From an uncultured Desulfovibrionaceae bacterium (lineage in GTDB: Bacteria > Desulfobacterota > Desulfovibrionia > Desulfovibrionales > Desulfovibrionaceae), in contig CAYTSA010000008.1 in NCBI GenBank assembly GCA_964440345.1, positions 1,830 to 65,829 of the forward strand: a stretch of 64,000 nucleotides of DNA. Direction: 5' to 3'. The translations under genes were made by a program, and so were the position numbers. Positions within the stretch are counted from its first letter, which is position 1; each line of letters opens with the position of its first letter. This document shows positions 1-9,889 of the stretch, in pieces. A model generated the notes under the pieces. It worked only from the letters and a program-made list of their open reading frames with translations. It was not told the DNA's origin and made no database searches.

Positions 1-534
1 GACCAGCGCCGCTCAGCCAAGACCATCAACTTCGGCCTCATTTACGGCATGGGCCCGCAAAAGCTGGCCCAGGAGCTGCAAATCACTTTGAAAGAAGCCA
101 AAGAATTTATTGCCAAATATTTCGAAAAACTCTCCCGGCTCAAGGAATTCTACGAGGAAGTAGAAGAAAAGGCCAAGGAGCAGGGCTACGTGACCACCTG
201 GGCCGGGCGGCGGCGGCTGCTGCCAGACCTGCACTCCCGCAACGCCCAGCTGCAGTCCCAAGCCCGACGCCAGGCCATCAACACAGTCATCCAGGGCAGC
301 GCCGCGGACATCATCAAGATGGCCATGATCAAGGTCCACTCCGACGAGAAGCTGGCCAAACTTTCCGCGCAGTGCATTCTGCAGGTGCACGATGAATTGC
401 TGCTGGAAACGCCGGCGGACACGGCGGCCCAGGCAGGCGAGCGGTTGCAGGAAATCATGCAGTCTGTCGCCTCGTTGTCCGTACCCCTATTGGTGGACGT
501 AGGCGCAGGCGATAACTGGGCCCAGGCGCACTGA
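1..534 (+). CDS. polA: DNA polymerase I, C-terminal fragment (N-terminus lies upstream of the window)
   Basis: Frame open from base 1. Family-A polymerase motif B (RRSAKTINFGLIYG) and motif C (QVHDELLLE). Stop at 532-534. Confidence 0.95.
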   Translation, partial: DQRRSAKTINFGLIYGMGPQKLAQELQITLKEAKEFIAKYFEKLSRLKEFYEEVEEKAKEQGYVTTWAGRRRLLPDLHSRNAQLQSQARRQAINTVIQGSAADIIKMAMIKVHSDEKLAKLSAQCILQVHDELLLETPADTAAQAGERLQEIMQSVASLSVPLLVDVGAGDNWAQAH

Positions 535-623
535 GCGTCAACTCGGGTTGCCCTTATGTTTGCATACATAAAGGCAACTCCTTGCACTGTCCTTTCTCAC
601 AAAACTGAAAAGCAGAATAGTAC

Positions 624-1823
624 ATGAAATCACTCTATCTGAAAAAAGGCGAAGACCGGCGCATTCTGGCCGGGCACCTGTGGATATTTTCCAACGAAGT
701 GGACGCCAAGCGCAGTTCGCTGAAGCAGTTCGAACCCGGCGAGGGTGCGCGGGTATACAGCGCCTCCGGCCGGCCCCTGGGCGCGGCAACAGTGAATCCC
801 CACGCGCTCATCTGCGCCCGTCTGCATTCCCGGGACCCTGGCCAGGAGCTGGACGCCAATTTGCTGCGCGAGCGTGTTTCCCAAGCCCTGGACCTGCGCG
901 AGCACCTGTACGGTTCACCGTATTACCGGCTCATCTACAGCGAGGGCGACTCCCTGCCCGGGTTGATCGTGGACCAGTACGGTGACGTGCTGGCCGTGCA
1001 GCTGCTCACTGCAGCCATGGACCGCCGTAGGGACATGGTGCTGGAAGTACTGAATGAGCTGTGCGACGTGGAATCCATTGTCCTAAAGAACGACGCCCCT
1101 GTGCGGGAGCTGGAGGGGCTGGACAGGGTTGTCGAAGCCGGGATTGGCGAAATTCCGGAGACAGTGGACGCCTTTGAGGGACCGAACCGGTTCATCGTTC
1201 CCTTGGCCCGGGGCCAAAAGACCGGTTGGTTCTACGACCAGCGACCGGCCCGAGAAACGTTCTGTCAGGTCTGCGCCCGGCTGGGATGTACGTTGTCGCA
1301 GTCCGTGTCCGCGCTGGACGTGTACAGCTACGCCGGCGGTTTCGCCCTGGCCGCGGCCCGGGCTGGCCTGGCGGCAACGGCGGTGGACAGCTCCCAGCGC
1401 GCCCTGGAGGCCGCCCTGGAAAGCGCGCACGCCAACGACCTGGAGCTGGAGGCCCTGAAAGGCGACGCAGCCGAGGTCATGCAGGCGCTGCAGCAAGAGG
1501 GCCGCATGTTTGCCGCAGTCAGCTTGGACCCGCCAGCTTTTGTAAAACGTTCCAAGGACCTGAAAAAGGGGCTGGCCGGCTACGCCAAAATCAACCGGCT
1601 GGGCCTGGCCCTGGTGGAGTCTGGCGGGGTGCTGCTCTCCAGCTCCTGCTCACAGCACGTTTCCTATCACGATCTGCGGTCCACCGTGGCCGCGGCCGCG
1701 GCAAAGATGGGACGACGGGTGCAGCTGTTGGCCAGCACCAGCCAGGGTCCGGACCATCCTGCCCACCCCTCCATGCCCGAAACCAGCTATCTGAAAGGGC
1801 TGCTGGTCCGGGTGCTGGACTGA
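624..1823 (+). CDS. rlmI: rRNA (cytosine-C5) methyltransferase, RlmI-like (PUA-like N-terminus + class I SAM methyltransferase)
   Basis: 399 aa, colinear with E. coli RlmI as I recall it: HLWIFSNEV, YRLIYSEGDSLPGLIVDQYGD, QKTGWFYDQR, LDVYSYAGGFALAAA, SLDPPAF, C-terminal SYLKGLLVRV. Confidence 0.85.
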   Translation: MKSLYLKKGEDRRILAGHLWIFSNEVDAKRSSLKQFEPGEGARVYSASGRPLGAATVNPHALICARLHSRDPGQELDANLLRERVSQALDLREHLYGSPYYRLIYSEGDSLPGLIVDQYGDVLAVQLLTAAMDRRRDMVLEVLNELCDVESIVLKNDAPVRELEGLDRVVEAGIGEIPETVDAFEGPNRFIVPLARGQKTGWFYDQRPARETFCQVCARLGCTLSQSVSALDVYSYAGGFALAAARAGLAATAVDSSQRALEAALESAHANDLELEALKGDAAEVMQALQQEGRMFAAVSLDPPAFVKRSKDLKKGLAGYAKINRLGLALVESGGVLLSSSCSQHVSYHDLRSTVAAAAAKMGRRVQLLASTSQGPDHPAHPSMPETSYLKGLLVRVLD

Positions 1824-1917
1824 GCTATGGCAGTGCCGCCTCAAACGCGCTCAACCCTTGCGAAGCAGCCCGGTTCCATGCATAGTCAGTGTGCAATTCG
1901 CCACAAGGAGCAACACC

Positions 1918-2307
1918 ATGTCTGAAGACAAGGATTTTAAAGTAACGAACCACAGACCAGATGTTGACGGCCAAGGCACGCAACCGTGCGGTGGCGGCGG
2001 CCACAAGCAGGAGCAAGCGGCCCAGGCCGCAGAACAGGCGGCCGCAAGCGTTTCAGGCCTGTACCCCAAGGTGACCTTTTCCACCTTCATCCTGTCCATG
2101 AGCTCTTCCTGTCTGGTGCATCTGGGCGAAGTGCCGGAGCCTGAAACCGGCCGCTACAACGAGGACGTGGCCCTGGCCAAGCACACCATAGATATTCTGT
2201 CCATGCTCAAGGACAAAACTTGCAAGTGCCTTGACGCGGATGAATGCCGGCTGCTGGACGGCGTGCTCTACGATCTGCGCATGAAATTCGTGATGAAGCA
2301 GAAATGA
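1918..2307 (+). CDS. DUF1844 domain protein
   Basis: 129 aa from ATG 1918, with AGGAG 7 nt upstream. DUF1844-type core FSTFILSMSSSCLVHLGE...LAKHTIDILSMLKDKT. Its stop overlaps the argC start (ATGA). Confidence 0.8.
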   Translation: MSEDKDFKVTNHRPDVDGQGTQPCGGGGHKQEQAAQAAEQAAASVSGLYPKVTFSTFILSMSSSCLVHLGEVPEPETGRYNEDVALAKHTIDILSMLKDKTCKCLDADECRLLDGVLYDLRMKFVMKQK

Positions 2308-3371
2308 CGGAGACTGCCATGAGCGCTATTCCCGTGGGGCTGGTGGGCGTGACCGGCTACGCCGGCATGGAGCTGGCCCGGCTGCTGGCCGTGCATCCTT
2401 CGTTTGTGCTGGCCCGGGCCACGTCCCGGTCTGAAGCCGGCCTGAAGCTGGCTGAGCTGTACCCCTTCATGCAGGGGCTGGACATGGCGGACCTGGAAAT
2501 TACCCAGCCAGACCCGAGCGACCTGGCCAAAGCCTGCGAGGTGGTCTTTCTGGCCGTGCCTCACGGCGCAGCCATGGACGCCGCGGCCGAGCTGCAGGCC
2601 AAAGGCGTGAAGGTTGTGGACCTGTCCGCGGATTTTCGGCTGCGCGACCCAGAAGTCTATGCCCAGTGGTACGGGCTGGACCATCGCCACCCGGCCATGA
2701 TCGACGACGCTGTGTACGGCCTGATTGAACTCTATCGGGAACAGATAGCCGGGGCGCAGCTCATAGCCAACCCCGGGTGCTACCCCACCTGCGCCATCCT
2801 GGCCCTGCACCCGGCCCTGCAGGCAGGGCTTGTTGAAACCCGCGGCATAGTGGTGGACGCCAAATCCGGGACCTCCGGCGCAGGCCGCAAAGCCAGCGTG
2901 GGGACGCTGTTTTGCGAGGTGCACGACACATTCCGCGCCTATAACCTGGGCAAACACCGGCACACGCCGGAAATTGAGCAGGAGCTTTCCCGGGCTGCCG
3001 GGGAGGACATGCGCATATCCTTCAACACTCACCTGCTGCCCATCGATCGAGGCATTCTTTCCACCATATATACGCAGCTGCAGGACAACGTGGACATGGC
3101 GCGTGTCCGGCAGGCGTACCAAGCCGCCTACGCCGGAGAAGGCTGGGTGCGGCTGCTGCCCGAGGGCAAGCTGCCGGAGACGCGTTTCGTGCGGGGGACC
3201 ATGTTTTGCGACATTGGCCTGGTGCATGACCCGCGCACCAACCGGCTGCTCATCGTAGCGGCCATCGACAACCTGTGCCGCGGCGCCTCTGGCCAGGCCT
3301 TGGCCTGCGCCAATCTCATGTGCGGGCTGGAGGAGTCCCAGGGACTGCGCCTGCCCCCGCTCACACCATAA
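2304..3371 (+). CDS. argC: N-acetyl-gamma-glutamyl-phosphate reductase
   Basis: 355 aa. N-terminal Rossmann motif VGLVGVTGYAGMEL. Active-site cysteine motif ANPGCYPT. The ORF track starts at 2244, but ATG 2304 gives the canonical N-terminus. Confidence 0.95.
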   Translation: MTETAMSAIPVGLVGVTGYAGMELARLLAVHPSFVLARATSRSEAGLKLAELYPFMQGLDMADLEITQPDPSDLAKACEVVFLAVPHGAAMDAAAELQAKGVKVVDLSADFRLRDPEVYAQWYGLDHRHPAMIDDAVYGLIELYREQIAGAQLIANPGCYPTCAILALHPALQAGLVETRGIVVDAKSGTSGAGRKASVGTLFCEVHDTFRAYNLGKHRHTPEIEQELSRAAGEDMRISFNTHLLPIDRGILSTIYTQLQDNVDMARVRQAYQAAYAGEGWVRLLPEGKLPETRFVRGTMFCDIGLVHDPRTNRLLIVAAIDNLCRGASGQALACANLMCGLEESQGLRLPPLTP

Positions 3372-3399
3372 GGCCGAAGCCTCACTGAGTGTTGCGATG

Positions 3400-3458
3400 A
3401 CTTTCGTTGCGAGTTTGAAGAATACTCGCAGCAGACAGTTGGTTAAAAAAACAGGCCC
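3400..3458 (+). repeat. Short (internally deleted) copy of repeat family A
   Basis: actttcgttgcgagtttgaagaata..gcagcag|acag...acaggccc matches both ends of the 178-bp copies at 24295 and 51167. It lacks the segment between two GCAGCAG direct repeats. Its 3' end abuts the stop codon of the minus-strand ligase gene. Confidence 0.6.
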
Positions 3459-4774
3459 TAGTCCCCGTACCGCTCGTCCACCACACGCTTGGTCTTGCCA
3501 AACGAGCGGGGCAAGGCGCCCGGGTCCGTGAACTCCACCTCTGGCCGGGCCATGAGCGATTTCTGCAGCGCCCCGGCCACGGCTTTGGCCAAGTCCGCGT
3601 CCATGCCGCTGCTCACGTCGGGTTTGCGCTCCACCTTCAGGCTCATGAAATCCTTGCCGTCCTTGCGGCGCAGGGTGATCTGATACTCGGAGCTGGCCTC
3701 GGGAAAGCGCTCTAGAACTTCGGCTATCTGGCCGGGGTAGATGTTCACCCCGCGGTAGATGATCATGTCGTCGGAGCGGCCCAGTATCTTGTCGTGCCGG
3801 GGCATGCACGCCCCGCAATCGCACTGGCCAGGCAACAGCCGGGTCAGGTCCCGGGTGCGGTAGCGGATAAGGGGCGCGGCCTCCTTACACAAGGTGGTCA
3901 CCACCATCTCGCCCACTTCGCCGGGCGCCACGGGCTGCAACGTGTCCGGGTTCACGATTTCAAGGATGTAATAGTCCGCCCAGTAGTGTATGCCGGCGTG
4001 CGCCCGGCACTCCAACCCGGCGCCAGGGCCATAGAGTTCGGTCATGCCGGTGATGTCGAAACTGTCCTCCAGGCCCAGGCGCTGCTCGAAATTGCGGCGC
4101 ATCTTGGGGCTGTGGGTCTCCGCGCCAAAGATGCAGCGTTTCAGCTGCACCCTGTCGTGCAGGTTGTGCTTTTCTACTTCTTCGGCCATGAGCAAGGCCA
4201 TGGACGCTGTGGAGCAGAGGACTGTTGCCCCCAGGTCGGTGAGAATCTGCAGCTGTATCTCCAGGTTGCCCGGCCCCAGGGGCAAGGCCATGGCCCCGAA
4301 ATGCTCGCAGCCCAGTTGGAAGCCGGCCCCGGCCGTCCACAGCCCGTAGCCTACGGCTATCTGCACCCGGTCCAGCTGGGTCAGGCCGGCCAGCTCGTAG
4401 CAGCGGGCGAACATCTCTTTCCATACGTCGATGTCTTTCTGAGTGTAAGCGAGGATTTTCCTCTTGCCCGTGGTGCCGGAGGAGGCGTGGATGCGCACTA
4501 CCTGCTCCTGCGGTACTGAGAGCAAAGGAAAGGGGTAGCCTTCCCGCAAATCTTCCACTGTGGTAAAGGGCAGGCCTGTCAGCTGGTCCAGAGAATCGAC
4601 TCCCTTGGGGTCCACCCCGGCGGCGTCCAGCTTGCGGCGGTAGGCGTCGCAGTGTGCGTAGGCGTGGGCCACTGTCCAGCGCAGGCCGTCCAGTTGTTTT
4701 CTGGCTATCTGTTCCTCATTCAGTTCTGGTATGAATCGCGGCTGCATGGAAATCTCGCTTGTTCCCTGTTGCAA
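3458..4774 (-). CDS. Phenylacetate-CoA ligase family (PaaK / coenzyme F390 synthetase-like) adenylate-forming enzyme
   Basis: 438 aa. AMP-binding loop SSGTTGKRK. The size and overall pattern are those of the PaaK-type short adenylating enzymes. Confidence 0.85.
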   Translation of the reverse strand: MQQGTSEISMQPRFIPELNEEQIARKQLDGLRWTVAHAYAHCDAYRRKLDAAGVDPKGVDSLDQLTGLPFTTVEDLREGYPFPLLSVPQEQVVRIHASSGTTGKRKILAYTQKDIDVWKEMFARCYELAGLTQLDRVQIAVGYGLWTAGAGFQLGCEHFGAMALPLGPGNLEIQLQILTDLGATVLCSTASMALLMAEEVEKHNLHDRVQLKRCIFGAETHSPKMRRNFEQRLGLEDSFDITGMTELYGPGAGLECRAHAGIHYWADYYILEIVNPDTLQPVAPGEVGEMVVTTLCKEAAPLIRYRTRDLTRLLPGQCDCGACMPRHDKILGRSDDMIIYRGVNIYPGQIAEVLERFPEASSEYQITLRRKDGKDFMSLKVERKPDVSSGMDADLAKAVAGALQKSLMARPEVEFTDPGALPRSFGKTKRVVDERYGD

Positions 4775-4915
4775 TATTTATTACCTTTAGCGCATGCGGC
4801 GCAGCCCAAGAGAGACCGGCCCGCTGCAATGAAATATCTTCTAGCACGAAACTGCCTGCGGGAAAAGGGAAACCCCGCCGGCAGGCAGGCTGATTAAAGC
4901 CAAAGGAGAATACGC

Positions 4916-6184
4916 ATGCGCATGCTGATAATCGGTTCCGGCGGCCGGGAACACGCCATGGCCTGGAAACTGAAGCAGTCCCCCCTGGTGAACAAGCTCA
5001 TCATTGCCCCGGGCAACGGCGGCACGGCCATTTTGGGTGAAAACGTCAATGTAGACGCTGACGACCTGCCGGGCATTGTCTCCCTGTGCAAAGAACGCAA
5101 CATAGACATGGTGGTCGCTGGGCCAGAGCTGCCCCTGGTTCTGGGACTGAAAGACGCCCTGGAGCGCGAAGGCGTTATGTGCTTCGGGCCCAGCGCCTTT
5201 TGCGCCCAGCTGGAGGGCTCTAAAGCCTTTGCCAAGCGCACCATGCGCGCCGCCGGCGCGCCAACCGCAGCGTTCGAAGTTTTTGACGACTACGACCAGG
5301 CCAAAGACTACCTGCAAAGCCGCACCGCGCCCATAGTGGTCAAGGCAGACGGCCTGGCCGCAGGCAAAGGCGTTATCGTGGCCAAGACCATGGACGAGGC
5401 CATGCGCGCCCTGGAAGACATCATGGTCCGCAAGGTCTTCGGCTCCGCCGGCAACCACGTGGTCATAGAGGAAGCCCTGACCGGCCAGGAGGCCTCGTTC
5501 ATGGCCTTTTGCGACGGAACCCACGTCGTTCCCCTGCCATCGTCGCAGGACCATAAACCCATAGGCGAAGGCGACACCGGGCCCAACACCGGAGGCATGG
5601 GAGCCTATTCGCCCGCTCCCATTCTGCCTGAATCCCGCTACCAGGAAATGGCCGACATGGTCATTGCGCCCATCACCCGGTTCATGGCCTCCCGGGAAGC
5701 GCCCTTCGTGGGCATGCTCTACGCCGGGCTGATGATCGACGGCGACGACATACATGTGCTCGAATACAACGTGCGCTTCGGCGATCCTGAATGTCAGCCT
5801 CTGCTCAGCCGGTTGGACACGGACCTGGCTGAGATCATGCTCGCCTGCTGCCAGGGCCGGCTGCACGAAATAGACATAAAATGGAAACCGGAGACCGCCA
5901 TTTGCGTGGTCATGGCTGCTGAAGGCTACCCGGCCAGCTATCCCAAAGGCATGGAAATCACCGGTCTGGACGAGGCTGAAGAACTTGACGGCGTTACCGT
6001 GTTCCACGCCGGCACAAAGCTGGACCAGGGCAAAATCACCGCCGCCGGCGGCCGGGTGCTGGGCGTCACATCACTGGGCAAGGACCTGGCTGCCGCCCAA
6101 AAGACCGCTTACGCCGCCGTGGACAGAATACACTTTGACAACAGCTACGTCCGCCGGGACATTGGCGCCAAGGGACTGGCGTAA
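4916..6184 (+). CDS. purD: Phosphoribosylamine-glycine ligase
   Basis: 422 aa. MRMLIIGSGGREHAMAWKL N-terminus, ATP-grasp core, EYNVRFGDPE motif. AGGAG 6-7 nt upstream of the ATG. Confidence 0.95.
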   Translation: MRMLIIGSGGREHAMAWKLKQSPLVNKLIIAPGNGGTAILGENVNVDADDLPGIVSLCKERNIDMVVAGPELPLVLGLKDALEREGVMCFGPSAFCAQLEGSKAFAKRTMRAAGAPTAAFEVFDDYDQAKDYLQSRTAPIVVKADGLAAGKGVIVAKTMDEAMRALEDIMVRKVFGSAGNHVVIEEALTGQEASFMAFCDGTHVVPLPSSQDHKPIGEGDTGPNTGGMGAYSPAPILPESRYQEMADMVIAPITRFMASREAPFVGMLYAGLMIDGDDIHVLEYNVRFGDPECQPLLSRLDTDLAEIMLACCQGRLHEIDIKWKPETAICVVMAAEGYPASYPKGMEITGLDEAEELDGVTVFHAGTKLDQGKITAAGGRVLGVTSLGKDLAAAQKTAYAAVDRIHFDNSYVRRDIGAKGLA

Positions 6185-6206
6185 GGGCTGAATCGAAAAC
6201 AGCCGG

Positions 6207-6236
6207 GAGGGGAAACTCGTTACTGAGTTTTCCCTC
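6207..6236. terminator. Hairpin between convergent purD and oxidoreductase genes (possible bidirectional terminator)
   Basis: 12-bp stem gaggggaaactc / gagttttccctc (one G-U pair) with a 6-nt loop. A T-run follows only on the minus strand (ctgttttcg). Confidence 0.4.
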
Positions 6237-6250
6237 TCACGCTCTACCTT

Positions 6251-7357
6251 TCAAGCAGAGCTGCCCATTGTGCGCATAAAACGCCGGTCGATCCAATCTT
6301 TCAGCTTCATGGCCAGGACACTGCGAAACACGAAGGGCGGCCGGAAAAGCAGTCCGGTTCCGTCGCCCAGGTTGATGATAAGCATAAACTTCTGTACCGG
6401 CTTGAAAATCCGCAGAGGCTCGCCCAGGGCCCGGGCCGGGACGTTATGCAGTAGAATTGCGGCTTGCTTCACAGCGTGCACGCCCACCTTTTCCAGGGGC
6501 TGCGGCTGAAAGTCGATGCAGTCCCCGCCGCCAAAGATATCCGGCCATGCTACGCTCTGCAGACAGCCATTGACCAGCAGCCCGCCCGCGCCGCCCACGG
6601 GCAGGCCCGAGTCAGCAATGAACGGCGAAGGCCGGGCTCCTATGGCCAGCAGGGCAAGATCGTATCCGGACTCTGTTCCCGCTTCGCTACGGGCGACGCC
6701 CTCGTCCAGCGACTCCACCCGCTCGCCCTCGACCAGGGCCACGCCGTGTTCCTGAAGAGATCGTCGCACCAGAAGCCTGGCTTTGTCTGAAAATCTGTCC
6801 AGCAGCGTTCTGCCGGCGTAGAGCGTCACCCGCGGAGTTCCGCCGCACAGGCGAATCCAGCGCGCTACGTTGCCGGCTGTCTCCACCCCGGCGGCGCCGC
6901 CGCCAGCCACGGCTACGCGGACCTCTCCCTGCGCCGCCAGCTTTTCCAGCCGTTCCCTGGCCAACGCCAGGTTTTCAATAGGCTTTACCGGCAGAACGTC
7001 TTGCCTGCCCCCGGCCTGCAGCGGGTCTGGGACCACACTGCCCACATTAATGGAGAGCACGTCGTACGGCAGAGTCCGGCCTGACCCTGTGCCTACAGTT
7101 TTTGCGTGCGGGTCAATGGAAACCACCCGGTCCTGAATGAATTCCCCGCCCCCGGATTCCGTCATACGCTGCACAGGAAACCGCAAGTCGTCCGGCTCGT
7201 AAAAGCCTCCCAGCATGCCTGGCCCCATGCCGGAATAGGCGTGGGTAGGCTCCGGCCCGACGACAACCACGCTGCAGCCGTGTCGACGCAGGCTACGCAA
7301 AGATTTGACGAGGGCCAGATGGGCGTGGCCGCCTCCAGCCAGAACGATGCGCTTCAC
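6251..7357 (-). CDS. FAD/NAD(P)-binding pyridine nucleotide-disulfide oxidoreductase family protein
   Basis: 368 aa. Two dinucleotide-binding motifs (IVLAGGGHAHL; VAVAGGGAAGVE). From memory it resembles the stand-alone form of the flavoprotein domain found N-terminal to SelD in some species. Confidence 0.75.
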   Translation of the reverse strand: MKRIVLAGGGHAHLALVKSLRSLRRHGCSVVVVGPEPTHAYSGMGPGMLGGFYEPDDLRFPVQRMTESGGGEFIQDRVVSIDPHAKTVGTGSGRTLPYDVLSINVGSVVPDPLQAGGRQDVLPVKPIENLALARERLEKLAAQGEVRVAVAGGGAAGVETAGNVARWIRLCGGTPRVTLYAGRTLLDRFSDKARLLVRRSLQEHGVALVEGERVESLDEGVARSEAGTESGYDLALLAIGARPSPFIADSGLPVGGAGGLLVNGCLQSVAWPDIFGGGDCIDFQPQPLEKVGVHAVKQAAILLHNVPARALGEPLRIFKPVQKFMLIINLGDGTGLLFRPPFVFRSVLAMKLKDWIDRRFMRTMGSSA

Positions 7358-8094
7358 GCTGGGGATGCGCCGTCCGGCGTATCGCGGGCGTTCGTTTCTG
7401 GAACAAGGGAAAGGGCGCGGGCGGCGCGCATGGTGTAGGATTCAGCAAATCCGTTGCTTCCTCCGTGCCGCAGCAGGTGCGCAAGGTCCTCTACTGTATC
7501 CACGTCCCGCCACGGCGGCAGCATGGCTACGCTGCATCCAGCCTGCTCCAAGGCGGTCAGCGTCTGGTCCAGCACAAGGCCCGTGGACCAGTCTATGGAT
7601 TGGAAAACTTGACGACAAAACGTTTCTTTGCGCATGGCGATAAGATAATAGCCGCCGTCGCGGGCCGGTCCGAGCACGGCGTCTGTGCGGTTGAGTTCCC
7701 GATCTGCCTGGCGAATGAGCGATGGGGGCAAATCCGGCAGGTCCGATCCTATCACCGCGGCTTTTTCGGCGCCATTGTCAAACGCCGTCTGCATGGCGTT
7801 GGCCATGCGTTCGCCCAGGTCGGCGCCTTCTTGGGCCATATAAACATGCTCATCGCCAAGCCATTGACGCACGGCGTCAAGCTTCTCCGGCGGATGCACA
7901 CACAGCGTGAAACACAGTCCAGCCCGGGCGCATGTTTCCAGGCTGTCCAGTACAAAGGCGTTATACAGCGCAAGAGCAGTCTCGTTGCCGACTGCGTCGG
8001 CAAGCCGCGTCTTCACTTTCCCTGGTTCCGGGTGTTTCACAAAAAGCAGGAGCCGCATGGGCGGGCATTCGTATGAGACCATGGTAGACCCCAT
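7354..8094 (-). CDS. DUF2064 family (TIGR04282-like) nucleotide-transferase-fold protein
   Basis: MRLLLFVKHPEPGKVKTRLA is the hallmark DUF2064 N-terminus, so the alternative start at 8058 is likely. 4-nt overlap with the downstream oxidoreductase gene. Confidence 0.75.
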   Translation of the reverse strand: MGSTMVSYECPPMRLLLFVKHPEPGKVKTRLADAVGNETALALYNAFVLDSLETCARAGLCFTLCVHPPEKLDAVRQWLGDEHVYMAQEGADLGERMANAMQTAFDNGAEKAAVIGSDLPDLPPSLIRQADRELNRTDAVLGPARDGGYYLIAMRKETFCRQVFQSIDWSTGLVLDQTLTALEQAGCSVAMLPPWRDVDTVEDLAHLLRHGGSNGFAESYTMRAARALSLVPETNARDTPDGASPA

Positions 8095-8204
8095 ACACCA
8101 TTATACTGTTTTTTCCAACCCTGGATGACAAAAGGAGTCTGAAATAGAGCAGCGCAGCCATGCTGTACACGACCGCGCTGCAAAAAATCAATAAACACGA
8201 TATA

Positions 8205-9527
8205 CTATACGTTCAGATTATATGCTTCCACAAAATCCTTCATGCGCTGGCGGGACGCAGTGAGCGTTTCCCTCAGCCATTTTTTGTAGTCGGCCATGTC
8301 TGCAATGGGTTCGCGGGCCACGCCAGTGTCCATGGCGGCCTGGGCCACAGCCGGGGATTCCCACTCAATAACCCGCAGGTCCAGCGCTTTGGGGATGATG
8401 TAATCCACGCCAAACGAGCACTCCTTCAGCCCGTAGGCGTCCATCACTTCGCTGGGTACAGGCTCTTTGGCCAGTGCGGCCAAGCTTGTGGCGGCTGCGA
8501 CCTTCATTTCTTCATTGATGGAGGCGGCCCGCACGTCCAAAGCGCCGCGGAAAATGAACGGAAAACCAAGCACGTTGTTCACCTGATTGGGAAAATCCGA
8601 GCGGCCGGTGGCCATGATGCACTCAGGCCGGGCTTCTTTGGCGTCGTCGTAGCTGATTTCCGGATCCGGGTTGGCGCAGGCAAAGATGATGGGGTCTTTG
8701 GCCATGGCTTTGACCATGTCCTTGGTGACCATGTTGGCTACAGAAAGGCCCAGGAAGCAGTCTGCGCCCTTGAGAGCGTCGCCCAGGGAGCCTGGGTTAG
8801 TAGACTGAGCGTAGGCTTTCTTGGACTCGTTGAGGTCCGTGCGGTCAGTATGCAGGCACCCTTTGGAGTCATACATCCAGATATTTTCCCGCTGCACGCC
8901 CAGGTTTTCGAAAAAACGGGTGCAGGCGATGGCCCCGGCGCCGGCGCCAGACACCACCAGTTTGATGTCCTCGGCCTTTTTGTTGGCTATTTCCAAGGCG
9001 TTGATAAGCCCGGCGCCGGAAATAATGGCTGTGCCGTGCTGGTCGTCGTGAAAGACTGGAATACCCATTTCTTTTTTCAGCGTCTCTTCAATGTAAAAAC
9101 ACTCCGGCGCCTTGATATCTTCCAGATTGATCCCGCCAAAGGTGGGCTCAAGCATTTTGGTAAACTCGATCACCTTGTCCGGATCCAGTTGGTCAATATT
9201 GATGTCGTAGCAGTCCACATTGGCAAAAATCTTGAACAGCACGCCCTTGCCTTCCATGACTGGCTTGCCCGCGTAGGGGCCTATGTTGCCCAGCCCCAGC
9301 ACAGCTGTGCCATTGGACACCACCGCCACCAGGTTGCCCCGGTTGGTGTAGGCGTAGGAAAGGTTTTGGTCCGCGGCAATGGCGCGGCAGGCCTCAGCCA
9401 CGCCCGGGCTGTAAGCCATGGAAAGGTGCTTTTGCGTGTCGCAGGGTTTCGCGGGAATGGTTTCCAGTTTCCCGCGGTGGCCTACTTCGTGATAGGCGAG
9501 AGCTTCTTCTTTGGTGAACAGAGCCAT
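8205..9527 (-). CDS. NAD(P)-dependent malic enzyme (short form, no PTA-like domain)
   Basis: 440 aa. Malic-enzyme N-terminal and NAD-binding domains ([25 protein letters not shown]). Confidence 0.9.
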   Translation of the reverse strand: MALFTKEEALAYHEVGHRGKLETIPAKPCDTQKHLSMAYSPGVAEACRAIAADQNLSYAYTNRGNLVAVVSNGTAVLGLGNIGPYAGKPVMEGKGVLFKIFANVDCYDINIDQLDPDKVIEFTKMLEPTFGGINLEDIKAPECFYIEETLKKEMGIPVFHDDQHGTAIISGAGLINALEIANKKAEDIKLVVSGAGAGAIACTRFFENLGVQRENIWMYDSKGCLHTDRTDLNESKKAYAQSTNPGSLGDALKGADCFLGLSVANMVTKDMVKAMAKDPIIFACANPDPEISYDDAKEARPECIMATGRSDFPNQVNNVLGFPFIFRGALDVRAASINEEMKVAAATSLAALAKEPVPSEVMDAYGLKECSFGVDYIIPKALDLRVIEWESPAVAQAAMDTGVAREPIADMADYKKWLRETLTASRQRMKDFVEAYNLNV

Positions 9528-9550
9528 GTGCAGCCTCCAGGTGACGGTTA

Positions 9551-9700
9551 GCAGCCTGTTGAAAAAACCACTATGGCGGCGTTACTTCAAAAAGTTCAAA
9601 TACTTGTGCAGTCTATATACAGGTCGATCTTGAACTTTTTTTGCGCCTTGCCCTCGTGGTTTTTGAACAGCCTGCGAAAAGGGACTTTTTCAACACTCAG
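9551..9700 (+). repeat. Repeat family C copy 1 (MITE/REP-like, about 150 bp)
   Basis: Near-identical in reverse orientation to 52698-52850. Terminal inverted repeats ctgttgaaaaa / tttttcaacac. Internal 9-bp stem aaagttcaa / ttgaacttt. Confidence 0.8.
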
Positions 9701-9889
9701 CTAGCATGAAAGGCTTGCACAATACCGCGCAACCGGCTCTTTTGCAAGAACTGCAGGCGCTTTGTTTGCTCTTTTCTGCACAATTTTTGCTAGACTATTT
9801 CTTGCACATTTGTAGCACACACGGTAAAGGAACCTCTGCAACAGCCGATAAGGGTATATGTAGGCATAGCAACCATCAGGAGAACACCA

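Noticed and set aside
2268-3824. 518-aa minus-strand ORF covering argC and the downstream intergenic region
   Set aside because: It is antisense to a confidently identified gene. The product is Arg/Gly/Pro/His-rich low-complexity sequence typical of shadow ORFs in GC-rich DNA. It crosses an intergenic repeat.
4852-4889. Strong hairpin (ctgcctgcgg...ccgccggcaggcag) in the purD leader, considered as a ZTP/pfl or other purine riboswitch
   Set aside because: I could not find the conserved pfl-motif elements as I remember them (GGGUCGUGACUGGCG-type 5' domain, CCGCCUGGGC 3' strand), nor a guanine-riboswitch three-way junction. It may simply be a leader stem. A covariance-model scan would settle this.
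8095-8204. Stem gcagcgc...gcgctgc followed by an A-run, between the malic enzyme and DUF2064 genes, considered as a terminator
   Set aside because: Both flanking genes are on the minus strand. On that strand the T-run precedes rather than follows the stem, so it does not have intrinsic-terminator geometry.
8160-9551. 463-aa plus-strand ORF
   Set aside because: It is fully antisense to the malic enzyme gene and has no recognisable motifs. It is a GC-rich shadow ORF. The same reasoning applies to 4841-6007, 16274-17635, 17280-18542, 41122-42228, 43065-43904, 46152-47549 and similar track entries.
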